DNA of 64,000 nucleotides, taken from NCBI GenBank assembly GCA_040357565.1, contig JBDODJ010000001.1; one strand, given 5' to 3'. Position numbers and translations under genes: made by a program. The stretch comes from Cercozoa sp. M6MM. Its lineage: Eukaryota > Protista > Endomyxa: Ascetosporea. Positions 1 through 12,437 of the stretch are shown in pieces. Within the stretch, counting starts at the first letter, position 1, and each line of letters begins with the position of its first letter. The notes beneath the pieces were generated by a model. That model was given only the letters and a program-made list of their open reading frames with translations. It searched no databases and was not told the DNA's origin.

Positions 1-1475
1 TTTGTGTGTGTATATGTATGTGTGTGTGTGTGTATTATATGTTGTGTATGTGTGTGTGTGGATGACACAGGCAGCACACGGTAAGCCCAGTGGGCACAGT
101 TCCTGTGCTGCCCACGAGCATCTTGCCGCAAGGTGATCTCTGCTCGCAATTGGCCTACCTCGAACGGCAGGCAGCTTTCTCCCTCTTCCTTCCACACTTG
201 TCAGGCCTAGGTAGTGTGTATTGTGCTGTGTGCCTGCAATAGAAAGAGTTGCCGGTCGAAGCGGTCAAGTTGTGCCCCACTGCTGCTGCTGTTGAGGCCA
301 ACACTGACACCGCCATCGTGGTGGAGCGAGTGCGTGGCTGCTCGCTGGGGCAGTTGTTGGAGAACACTGCTCCCTTTGGTACCCTTGCTCTCTGCAAGCA
401 ATGCATATGTGTGTGTGTGCACATTTGCATGTATCATGTGTCTCTGTATATTATGTACGGCACAGGGCACGAGCACGAGTTGCGACAGGCCGCACGAGCC
501 ACAGTGTCCTTGTTGACGCCACTGTGCCGACTACTAACACGTCTTCACAAGCGCGGCATTCTTCACAATGATTTATCGCCAGGCAATCTCATGTTCTCGT
601 CGAACGACACTGCGGTCTGCGAGCAAATCGAGGCGTGTGCCTCACTTGGCGAAATGTACGACCTTTTCGATAAGGTATCACGTGTCTGTCTGTGCACATG
701 TGTGCTCAAACATGTTATGTCTGTTGCAGGTCGAACTAGGCAGCGTGTACGCTGTGCTGATTGACTACGGCGAGGCGTCACTGCAAGGATGCTCGCGGTT
801 GCATCCCAAGGTAGTCCTGGTCTGTTTCTGTCTGTCCATGTGTATCTGCTTCGTGTGTCGGCAGGGTTGTCCGGTAGCATCTACGTTGGCCTCGCACTCC
901 ACGTGTGCTCGGCTTTTTGTGCGACAGCTGCGGCAGGCGCGTTTGCTCCATGAGTAGCACACTCCCTCTTCTTTGTGTGCTCTGTGTGTATACTGTATGC
1001 ATGTATGTTGTGTGTGTGCCCTGTGTGTACACATGCATGTACTTTGCTTGTGTGTGTGTGCAGCACTTCGCACGAGCAGGCACTGTTGAAGGTGCTGCAA
1101 CAACTGTGCCGACCGACATCGCCGCACTCGCAACTACTCTGTGCCCTTACCTTCTCCTATGCCTTTTGTGTCTTGTGTGTGCGTATGTTTATGTGTGTGT
1201 GTGTGGTGATACAGGTTTTACCCAAGGTTACAGTGCACCCGAGGCAGCAACACTCGGCATGCGATCTGCCTTATCGGACTCCTTCTCGTTGGGTACATTG
1301 CATTGCTGGTCTGTGGGGTGTGTGGGTGTGGGTGTGAGTGTGTGTACTGAGTATATATGTATATATGTGGACCAATGGTGCAGGCGCGATCATGCGCTCG
1401 ATGATGTTTGGCGTGTGGGGCCACGACTGCGGCGACTTTGTCAAGATGGGCCGCCCGGGTACTGCCTCTGTCCGG

Positions 1476-1531
<56 letters not shown>

Positions 1532-1902
1532 CATACCATGCATGTGTATCTGTGTGACAGACGTCGAGGTTGCTCAGCTCAAGCAGTGCCAGAGCCTGCA
1601 GTTGCCGATGTGGGCTCGCCTCCTGCACGTGGACGGCGCTGCCTCTGCGATAGAGGAGGAAGTGCCTGCTGTACACTTCTTTTATGTATCGATGCATGCC
1701 TGTTTGTGTTTGTGTTTGTGTGTATGTCTGGTCTGGTGTAGCTGCCACCATCGTGGCTGTGGTATGACTGCATTCCAGGCGACACTCTGGCACTGCTGCA
1801 GCGACGTGCCCCTGACCTCTTGCGAGTGCTGGATGCGCTGCTGGACCCGCGGCCTCTGTGTCGAGGCACTGTCGCCGAGACTATGGACCAGTTCGCCTGG
1901 TA

Positions 1903-1947
<45 letters not shown>

Positions 1948-2179
1948 GTATCGTGTGTGTATGTGTTGTGCTGTCCAGTGCACTGTGGCACGAGGACTCT
2001 GTCGTTGACACAGTCGAAACATTGGACAGTGGTACAGTTATGATTGGGGGCACATGCTCTGGCACCAGTTGCACTCACCGGGTTGTGCAGTGTCAGGACA
2101 CACGGTGGATTTGGACGAGTTGTTTGCGCTGCCTGCTGAAGAAAGCAACGACGACCTCCAAGATGGTACGACAGTATAC

Positions 2180-2229
<50 letters not shown>

Positions 2230-2239
2230 NNNNNNNNNN

Positions 2240-2287
<48 letters not shown>

Positions 2288-3590
2288 AGCATGTTTGCTC
2301 ATTTTTAGGAAACACAGTGGATCTGGACGATCTCTTCTCCCTGCCCAATGTCGGCACGATCGATGACCCTCAAGTTGGTACCACACCTCTGTTGTGTTTG
2401 TGTGAAAGGATCGATATCCCTGAGGGCAACTTCAGGTGTAGAGGTGGATTTGAACGATCTGTTCGCGCCTGTGGCCGACAACAACGACGACGTCCTCGTT
2501 GGTACCAACAGTACTTGTTTCTGTTTCTGTATAGTGAGTGTGCCTGCATGTTTGACATGGCACAGCACCCGAATGGGCTGACGAAGACAATCCACGTTGT
2601 CGAGAGGCTTCATGTTCGGCCATCACTGGTATACACACAGCCATTTGTCCTTTACTTGATGTGTGTGAGATGTGTGATGTGTGTGTGTGAGATGTGACAG
2701 AACCAGGTGGCACTGTCGTTGCTTACAAGGTATAACACTCACACTCTAGTAAAATTTGCCCTCTCTCTCACTGCCGGTGTGCCTGGTCTAGTTCGAGGTC
2801 TCTGAGAGTGCGACGCAGTGGAGTGTCGCTGCCTCAATCCTAGGTACGATCATAGTTGTCTTCGCTCCCTTGATTACCTTCTTTGAGCTCCTGCGTTGTA
2901 CGCTTGTTCCTTGGTTGGACTGCACAGACAATCGAAGAAACACTGCCGGTGGCAAGGTCGTCGCCGAGCTTGAGGCCATCTCTGGCTATCCCTGGGCAAA
3001 CGACGACCTGCCAGTGGGTACGTATACAGTACTTTGTTTGGTCAACTTTGGTGCTGCGACAGTGTCGTAAATTGTGTTTGTTGCCTGGTAGATCCACTAT
3101 CCCCAAGGCCTGCCATCCAGAACAACGATAACGGTGGACATAGTGGCAATGGACCTGAGGTAGTTCTGTGCAATTCAGTGTCGTGTGTCAGCGCGTGTGT
3201 GTTGCATCGTTCGATCATGTCTATGAAAGCAGAGAAACGATGACAGCGTGCAACTGAATCCCCAGTGGCGACAATCGATGCCAATGCAGTACGACGTTGC
3301 TCCGCCGTACCTTCAATATGCAGGTGCCAAAACCTTTTGTCTCACTCGAATCTCTTTTTTCTTTGTTTTGAGTCAACACTGTGTCACGCAGAGCTGATAT
3401 GGCCCGCGCTCGAGCGAATCGACGGGTGCTCCGTGAATCGACACTCCCCGGCACCAGTCGATGCGTGACGGACAACGTTTGCACCGGCACTGACCGGACA
3501 GGACGCAACGTAACCGCCACCGTGACGTTGTTAATACATCTCGTCCGATCGATCACGTCATCCGTAGTCTACTACGTTTGCACAGTGTAG
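1..3590 (+). CDS. Atypical Ser/Thr-type protein kinase with acidic/low-complexity C-terminus (5'-truncated by window, multi-exon)
   Basis: Spliced exons give kinase motifs in order: LTRLHKRGILHNDLSPGNLMF (catalytic loop), AVLIDYG (DFG-like), FTQGYSAPEA (APE), SDSFSLGAIM (subdomain IX). GT-AG joins can be followed to a TAG at 3590. Confidence 0.7.
1478..2286 (+). repeat. Intronic microsatellites: (GT)n ~1478-1529, (CT)n ~1908-1941, (GT)n ~2181-2286 with N gap
   Basis: Directly visible dinucleotide runs inside kinase introns. Confidence 0.95.
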
Positions 3591-3981
3591 TAGCATACAG
3601 TAGGTTGCTTTAAGTTTACCGTACGCTCAGTTCTCTGTCTCCCTTGAAGTTCGTTCAGTGCTAGCCTTAGCTGCGCGCGTGAGCGGCGCATCCTCCCAAC
3701 CCCTGCCTTAACGTGATTTCGATGATCGGACGGGATCCGGGATAATCCAACGAACGCAACGGCGGACAGCACGTGCATCGTGCTAGTACAATTACGCTAA
3801 TTAAAACAATAAAACGATTGCGTTGCGTCGACGGGCCACCGCACACGTGTCGTGCCAGTGCACAACACACGAGGCAAACGAGCGCGCGCGGCAGTTTGAA
3901 CCCTCTGGCGTTAGGCCAGGGCTTCAAGGTTTGCGTGGAAGAAAATGACGTGCGACTTAATTCAGCTTCATATCAGGAAGG

Positions 3982-5664
3982 TCAATTGTTTGACCTGTCA
4001 CCACGATTGAAGAGCGCTTTGAAGGTAGCAGCTCTGCCTCGACTGGGTTGCTGCCAGGCTACACGAGAGATCGTCAGCCAAGATTCACCGTCCACAGCTG
4101 GCAGAACTAAAGGTACCATGCAAACCGGTGCCGTGCTCAGCGAGAACTTGTCTGTGTTGTTGTCGCATCAGTTGTGACCTCTGATACACAAGGGTAGGAC
4201 ACAGTCAGCTAACATACCAACAAGCAGAGTGGAAGGGATACCTGTTCGCGCACACGGAGAAGGTGTCGCTCCTGCAGTGCGTCAAGCACTCCAGGAGGCA
4301 CGCGCCACAAGTCGGCGCCCGTGCGCGATCGGATGCGCGTCTCGACCTCGCTGAGGTCCTGCTCGCTGAGTGGCACCCCTCGCACGCCGAACCAGCCGCC
4401 GGACCTCCGCTGCTCCGTGGTCTCTTCGAGCCACGCTTCGTCGTGATCGGTTTGCGGAAAGATGAAGTCACATATCTGGACACACGAGGATGTGCACACA
4501 AACGAGAGAGATAGAGGCCAGAGAGACAACGGATACCCGGCCAACAAGATCGTCCGGAATGAATCGCGCATTGAATGGAATCGACATGTACTCTTCGTCA
4601 TCATCAACCAGACAAGGCGGACTATCTCGTGGACTCTCTCTTATCTTGCTGCGACTCAGACTTGACCCTCTGAGGCGTGCCATCTGACAAGCACACTTTT
4701 CAATCGACAAACCAGGCGCACATGCGATAGGACACAGGTACACACACACTAGCAGACAGAACACTGATAGACAGGGCAGAGGTACCATCGGCCAGGAGCC
4801 CATGGTGTCACGAGACATACACCTCGCCGGCGCCTCGGTTGAAGCAGCACGCGAGCGGAGGCCACACATGCTGCTGCAGTCACTGCTCGTGTCGAGGAAC
4901 TCGCCATCGCGCCATAGCACGCGACGTAGTGCCTCCACGGTGGCCTGCCGCTTCTGCGCGAAGGCACGCACGCCACTCTCGACGGCAAGCTGCAAATCGA
5001 CACGCGTGGCCACTTGCTCCAGCAGCATTGGCCACAACTGCGAGCTGTGCCGCAGTGTGGCACCGTGCGCCACCAGGATCTGCACGACGCTGCAGTGTCC
5101 GGCCGAGGCTGCCCGCTGAGCCGCCGTAGTGTCGTCCGACGTGACGCCATTCACGTCCAGGCAGCACACGCGCAGGAGATACCGTACGGTCTCCGTGTGA
5201 CCTTGTGCAGCCGCCAGATGCAGTGCCGTTTGTTGTCGCTTCGCTTTTGCATGTACATCGGCACCTGCTCACACATACACAATGATAACAGATAGGGGTG
5301 TCTGCTTTGGTGGGATACCCGCACTGGCGAGTTGTCGCAGCATGCGCACCTGTCCTCGCACAGCGGCGTAAAGAAACGGCGTGCGCTCGTGCCGGTCGCG
5401 TACTTGTACGTCTGCGCCGTGCTCGATCAGCCAATCGGCGAGCGCAGCGTGACCACCGAGACATGCATGGTGCAGTGCCGTCCAATTCGACTCGTCACGA
5501 GCGTTAATGTCGCCGCCTTCCTTGTCCAACAACTCCTGCACAGGGACACGTGTTCACTTTGCATCATGCGTTACTCGAGCAATATCATTGGTAAGTGAAA
5601 GTACCCCTAACTGATGAACAGCACCACGTTTCGCCAGGTCGAACCACTGCTCGGTACCAGCCAT
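3982..5664 (-). CDS. Ankyrin-repeat protein
   Basis: DINARDESNWTALHHACLGGH, DVQVRDRHERTPFLYAAVRGQ, QTALHLAAAQGHTETVRYLL and TAAQRAASAGHCSVVQILVAHGA; ATG 5664, spliced to TGA at about 3982. Confidence 0.8.
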
Positions 5665-5914
5665 CCCAACAACAGGCACGGCCGGTGCGCCCAGGCACTT
5701 TAACAGTGTCTTTGAGTCTAGTGCTGACGTAAGCGCGCCAATCGCAGCGTGCTGAACAGACAAGTGGGGGTCGTTCGGGTACACCCAGTCCTATCGAATC
5801 GAGGGGTCGTTTCTCCCAGCGTTTCACTGGCTCAAACTTGAGCTTGAGCTTATCTGGAGACTGTTTTGGTTGTTTGCACACTGTGCCGTGTTTACAGGCA
5901 TCCTCATCGCACAA

Positions 5915-7300
5915 ATGTTGCGTTTGCTGGTTCTGGGAGCAGTTTTGGGTATCCCCTGAGTTTTCTTCGCAGCAGCCGATAGTTGCTTTTGAATTGACTG
6001 TGTGTTGTTTTATTTATGTCTCTACGCAGGCTCGGTTCTCGTGCAAGCCGACTCTGGTGCACGTCTTGAGGCGGTGCAGGCCAAGTTGGTACACCACCTA
6101 AAACCTTACATTATCAGGAGTTACATTCGTGAACGTGATGCAGCAGCAAAACGATCCGGCGAGTCTCGACGATGCCGCTGCTGAACTCCGAGAGTAACAT
6201 CGCTCTCATGCTTTTAAAACAATGAGGCGGAAGTGTTATCATTTTGTTTTGACACAGGGTTGCAGCCGAGCTGAAGGCGAGGGAGGCAGCTTTCGAGTCG
6301 CGAGTCAACGAGCGCGTGCGTCAGATTCGCGCGGAGTCGGTACGCTTTGTCATGTGAGCTTCGTGTGCTGGATAGACGTAGTTGCTTGTCCAGGGCGATG
6401 CGAACCTGTTTGAGCGTCTGCAGCTCGGCGTTTCTGCACTGTTGGATCGCATCTCGCAAGTCACCGCGTCCGATGTGCAGGCCTTCGTGACGACGCGCGT
6501 GCCGGCGTTCTTTGTGCACGACGTTCCGCGACTGGCCGAGGAAATGAAGGTTCGCGAGCACGCGCAGAAGTTTGTCGCCGAGGCAGGCGAACGTGTGGTA
6601 TGTGTTTCGCACACTCACTTTTGGCATGAGAAGAACACCACATTTTGGACAGGGCCAAGCCGTCCAGTTCGTCAAGGAGGTTGACTACAAGGGCATTGCG
6701 GAGAACCTTGCCGTAGCTTTGTTCTGTCCTACCTGGCTTTAGCTGCTGACTGCTGATTGGCGAACTCTTGCTTGCATAGGTCCACGTTGACCGTGCCGCC
6801 GATCAGACGCTGGCTCGCATGCGTTCGCTGGGCCCGCAAGGCGAGATGGTCGCCGACACTGTGGCCCAGGTCGATCTCACCGTGCAGTCCAAGCTGGTGT
6901 GTTCTCTTTGTGCCTCTGCACCTTCCGCTTTGTGTGTGTATGTGTGTGTGTGTACCCATACGTAGCAGTCGGTGCTTCCAAGCAAGCACGTGAGCGCCGT
7001 GTCGCGTGTGTCGCTGCTCGTCACCGTGCTTGTCGTGCTGGTGTCGACTCTCGCCATCCTGCGCGGTCTGTGTGCTCCGTCCAGCAAGTCCAGCAAGTCT
7101 GCTACCAAGAAGAACAAGAGCAAGGGCAAGAAGCCGGCCACACGGCAGCCTGCTGTTGGCAACGCGCCCACTCAGGTAGCTTTCGCTCTGGTTCACGTCA
7201 CCTAGTTATGTCCCGTGAATGTCTCTTTTAGACCATGACGCCGTCGAGCTCCAAGAACAAGAAGAAGAAGAAGAAGAATTCGTCGTCGAAAAAGAAGTGA
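5915..7300 (+). CDS. Hypothetical type I membrane protein (signal peptide, helical ectodomain, C-terminal TM, Lys-rich tail)
   Basis: Starts MLRLLVLGAVLG; TM segment VSLLVTVLVVLVSTLAIL; ends ...KKKKKNSSSKKK* (possible dilysine ER-retrieval signal). Confidence 0.6.
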
Positions 7301-7655
7301 ACCTGCACTGAAGTTTCTCGTTGACGTCGAGCAACTCCTGAACGAAATGCACGTGCTTGTCTGCGCTGGTGTTTCCGACTCACTTCGCGTAGTATACAGT
7401 GTTCGGTTTGCCACTGCACTCCGCTCTAATGTGCTTGCGTTGTGTTGAATCTAACTAACTCGAACACGATACGATATCTATCGTATCTTAGTTCCGTTCG
7501 AGTATCTCACGTGCACCAACGCAGCAGCGGTCGCTCGAGTCTCAAGACCACGAAAGATACGTAAAAACAACGCAAACCAAAGGAAACGGCGCAACGAAGC
7601 TCGGCTGTTCTACGGCGCGGAAGGGACAGGCCATGGTTTCAGTTGGCAGAAGAGC

Positions 7656-8149
7656 TTAGGCGGCCAGGTTTCTGCGCCGGCCCTTCAGTCGTCGTCTGTG
7701 CAGGATTTTGCGGCCTTCCTTGGTCCTGTTTCTTCTGTATCCACAAGCGTGTGAAGACACAACACATCCGAGCCCAAAAATGCAAGCGTACGCGATGAAG
7801 CCGAACTTGCGCTTGCGTCGGCGCCATGACGGCTGGTACGTACGCTTGATCAGCATGAGTTCCCATCCCTCCGCAAGCGCTGCTCTCCACATCGTGAAAG
7901 ACTGCTCAATCTGCTGCGACCACATCGAGGTGAGGGACGTCATCGTCCGCGTCGAAGCCTGCATCCACTGGCTGGCCTGTCGCTCCAGCGTCTGCGTGAA
8001 CGCGCCGACGAACGTTGCCGGGCGAGCGACCCTATACAGCCCACAAACAACCCGATCAACACACACACTCACACGGACGCTGTGACTCCACAATCGCGAG
8101 CTGGCAATCGATTGTACCGCGCCAGCGAGAAAAATGCGTGCGCCTGCAT
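7656..8149 (-). CDS. MRPL34: Mitochondrial ribosomal protein bL34m
   Basis: KRTYQPSWRRRKRKFGFIA|RNRTKEGRKILHRRRLKGRRRNL is the L34 signature, preceded by a presequence-like N-terminus (MQAHAFFSLAR...). Confidence 0.9.
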
Positions 8150-8526
8150 CTTCGCAAGCAACCTTGGGCAAACAGGCAATCAGCACGTCCGAGAATGTGC
8201 CTGCAGACGCCAAAGCGATGGCAAACGAGGTTTGATCCGTACAAACCGGGCTGTACTGTACCTGCATCGAATCAGTGGTACTGTGGTACTGTACAGTTTT
8301 ATTTTTTTTTTTGCGATCACGATGTGGCCGTTTCGTCAGAAAAATGAAACGACGTGACTCACGTTGCAAAACACAAAACTCTCGTCGCACTGGTCTGTTC
8401 CTTAGTGCTGTCACGAGCAAAAGAATCGACAGGTGACCCCAGACGGTGGTTTAAAGGGTCAGAGAAGAGCAAACAGAAAGTCGCCAAACGACTGGTCAGC
8501 GGTCGCTCGCGTCAGTTTGTTTTCGT

Positions 8527-10545
8527 ATGTCGGAGCGAGTCCAGCGCGTTGTGCAGCAAGTGGCACCCAATGCCACCAAAAATGAGAGGTATGCAGCATC
8601 TAAATATTGTGGGATTTGAACGAGTCATGTTTTGCTGTCGCAGTGAGCAGAAGGAAGGCACGCTGAGCATCATCGATGAGCGCACTGGTCGTGTAAGTCC
8701 TGTGTGTTGTGGGGTGTCTTTTGTGCACACTGCTCTTGTGAGAACAGAAGTACACGGTGGCGGTCAAGAACGGCACCATCCGCGCCAAGGACCTTGCGCA
8801 GATCAAGATGAACCCGAGTGACGCAGTGGGCTTGCGTTCGTACGACCCTGGCTACGTCAACACGGCGTCGGCTACATCGCGCATCACCTACATTGACGGT
8901 GCCAACGGTGTGCTCACGTATCGCGGTTACCCGATCGAGCAGCTCGCCGAGAAGTCGACCTTCCTCGAGGTGGCTTTTCTGCTTGTGTACGGCGAGCTGC
9001 CGACGCAGCAGCAGTTCGCGTACTTCAAGCAGCGTGTCATGAAGCACACGTTCATTCACTCCGACCTGAGTGCGTTATGTTCTTGCCGCTGTGCTGTGGT
9101 TGTGTTCCATCGGTGATACGTGTTGCAGGTGACATGATGAAATCGTTCCGCTACGACGCGCATCCGATGGGCATGCTAGCCAGCACTGTGTCTGCCATGG
9201 GCGTGCTGCACCCCGAGGCCAATCCGGCGCTGCAGGGACAGGATGTCTATGACGACAAACGCGTGCGCAACAAGCAGATCCACCGCATTCTGGGCACGAT
9301 GCCCACCATGGCAGCCCACTGCTACCGCCACCGTATCGGCCGCGAGTACGTGCCACCTTCCTCCGCCAATGTACTGCGTTGCATTCCCTTGTTTCCTGTG
9401 CTCATGCGAACAAGTGTTTCTGTTGCTGTTGGTAGCTGAGCTACACGGAGAACTTCTTGTACATGCTGGATCGTCTAAGCAACGTGAACTACCGACCGCA
9501 CCCTGTACCTTGCGATCTGTGTGCTCTTTGTCAGTGTACTGATGTGTCTGTATGTTTGTGCCTGGGTGCAATAGGTGCTGGCGAAGGCACTGGACGTGCT
9601 GTTCATCTTGCACGCGGACCACGAGCTCAACTGTAGCACGGCGGCGATGCGCCATGCGACATCGTCGGGCGTCGATGTCTACAGCGCCGTCGCCTCGTCA
9701 GTCAATGCGCTGTACGGACCGCGACACGGTGGTGCCAACGAGGCCGTCCTTCGCATGCTCGAGCGCATCGGAACCAAGGACAACGTGCCCGCCTTTGTTG
9801 AGCGTGTCAAACAGCGCAAGGAGCGTCTTATGGGCTTTGGTCATCGCGTCTACAAGAACTACGACCCGCGTGCACGCATCGTGCGCAAGGTGGCCGCCGA
9901 GGTACGACTCTGTCTCATACGGGTGCTCCTTGTCCCTGTGACTGACTGGTGTGTCTTGGTGTGACTAGGTGTTTTCGGTGCTCGGCAAGGAGCCGCTCAT
10001 TGAACTGGCGCAGGAGCTGGAGAAGGTCGCTCTCTCTGACCCGTACTTTAAGAAGCGCAAGCTTTACCCGGTACGTTCTCTAATCACATGACGACGTATG
10101 TACTTTTGCACTGCCTGTTGTGTATGCAGAACGTTGATTTCTACTCGGGTGTGATCTACAAGTGCCTCGGTTTTCCGACGGACTTCTTCCCCGTGCTGTT
10201 TGCCATCCCGCGCACGGCCGGCTGGCTTGCACACTGGAACGAGTTCCTTGTGCGTTCTCTTTCTCTCTTCTCTTTCGGCTTGTCCCAGCCAGCGATGAGT
10301 GTCGCAATGTGCACCCGCAGGATGATCCCGAGAACCGCATTGTGCGTCCTCGCCAGGTGTACGTTGGAGCAGCGCCGCGCGACTACGTGCCCATGTCGCG
10401 TCGCACTCGTGCCGACGTCGAAGATGGTATGTCACATGTGACAAAGTGTGTCTCCTCGTCCTTACTGTGCGCTGCATTTGAAGGTCTGACCTCGTACGTG
10501 AGTGCGGAATCCAAGCGTCGCTCGGCCGCGCCTGAGCGTCCTTAA
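8527..10545 (+). CDS. Citrate synthase, GltA-like/peroxisomal type
   Basis: [98 protein letters not shown]; about 10 exons. Confidence 0.97.
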
Positions 10546-10944
10546 ACGCTCGCTGATCATGAGAAGGGTCGTCGACAACGCCGTGCAATGGCGCGCCACG
10601 GCGGTACATTGTTTAGTTTCACGAAATTTCCGTCCGTCTGCGCGTGCTACGCCACTTTAGAATGGATGATGTTCTTTACCATACGCTACCGCTACGACAG
10701 TCGGTCGAGTGCCAGTGCTGGCATCTGCCTGCGCAGATTATTCCTCCGATCGCCAGTCCGGTCGTTTCAGTTTAAGCTGGTGTCGCTGAATGATCATGAA
10801 TAGGTTTGACGCAGAGTTGTTTCGTTCAATGATATAACAAGCGCAGCCACTCAGCCACTGAATGCAGGTCAAGCGAAGGCCGCGGCACCGGTGATGTCTG
10901 CATTCGCAGGACTGGACTCCGTCAATGGCAGACTCGGCAGGCTA

Positions 10945-12154
10945 CTAACGTGAGCGTCGGGCCTCAGTCTCAAATTGAAGCTGTCGCGCGTTGAGGAAGT
11001 AAAGAAACGGAAAACTGAACTCGGGGACTGAGGTGTGGAAGAGTATATTGTAGTGCACCTGTTGAGAATCGTAGAGGTGGCGAGGAACGTTGAGGAAGGC
11101 CACAAAGCTGACGAAGTTGATCTCGTTGCTCGCCGTGAATCGTGCCAGTGCCGATTCCACTTTGAGGATGGTGCTCGCTTCGAAGTTCTTCCGCACCATG
11201 TAGTCACGGATATCTTTCGCAGTGAGCACGCCCTTTCGCTCAGTGTCGATCTCGAGAAAGCTCGTGGCGTAGCTGCTGCCGTGCGTGCGAAGTGCCATGC
11301 GCAGCGTTTCGATCGCAAGGACCTCTTGCTTTTGCTGCAGGAAGGCGTCGTACTTGCCGCTCTTGACGGCTTCTTCTTCAATGCGCGCAGTTGCCTCCGC
11401 CGGGAAGCTACATTCGTTGGCCACAAATACTCGAGCAGGCACGACCATCAATTTAACGGCAACTGCGTATCATCAACTTTATTATATGGTATCGAGTTCA
11501 GGTAATACTATCAAAGCTCAAAGTACTCTCAGCCACAGAGTCGCAGCGAAGTTCGTGTGCCAGTACTCCCGAAATGCACTCGGAGAGGCTACGGAGATCA
11601 CTGTCGAGGAACTACAAGGTACAGTTGTATCGGGTAAATGACATCATATACCACATACAGTCCACTGTGACACTCTACTTTGTAACGCTACCGAGTCTAG
11701 CGCTGTTGGTGGACAGTACAAGTCAACGTGCATGAAAGCCTAGCGAAGCGATGTCATAGTCACTCCGAGTCAACCAAACGCACAACAAGAGACTTGCCAG
11801 TGACATGGGTGTACCTTTTGGTAGGCATCAAGAAAGCTCTGCTTGCAGACGGAAACGTACACCTCATCTTGCTTGACCTGCAACAGGTTTGCCAAGAAGT
11901 TGCTCAGCAGGTTGGAAAACTGGCCATGCTGCATGCCGAGACTTTGGATGGCATCTGCACCATAAAACGACATTCAGTTCCCATTCAGTTCGATTCGAGT
12001 AAAACAACAGCAAGTGTGAGTCTGAGAGTTTACCACTATCAATTCCCACTTGCGCAGATACACGACATGGCGTTGAACGAATTGTTGAGTTGGTTTGATG
12101 CACTGAAGAGCCAGCACCGCTCCGCAGGCTCGCCGAGGCATGTGATTGACTCAT
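10945..12154 (-). CDS. EF-hand-containing protein
   Basis: FLEIDTERKGVLTAKDI and NEINFVSFVAFL form an EF-hand pair; upstream exons join in frame from ATG 12154. Confidence 0.6.
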
Positions 12155-12437
12155 CCTCTCTCGGGAACTGACTTTTTGAACAAGTTCGTCGGGTTTCAGA
12201 CGATCGCTGGGCTCGATTGCTGATAATTAGAGCCAAATCTGTCCCAATAAGGCCAAAGAATCTTGCAAAGGCTCAAGACACTGCAAAAAAGAGCAAAAAA
12301 TACAGAAATTACAGACGCACCCCTTTAATAAATTCTCGCGGACTTGCACTCCTCTAATATCGTAGTGCAGGGGAGACGCTGTGTGCGTGTGCTGCTTATA
12401 AACGCCTTATCAGAAAATTAGAGCAATACAACAAAGG

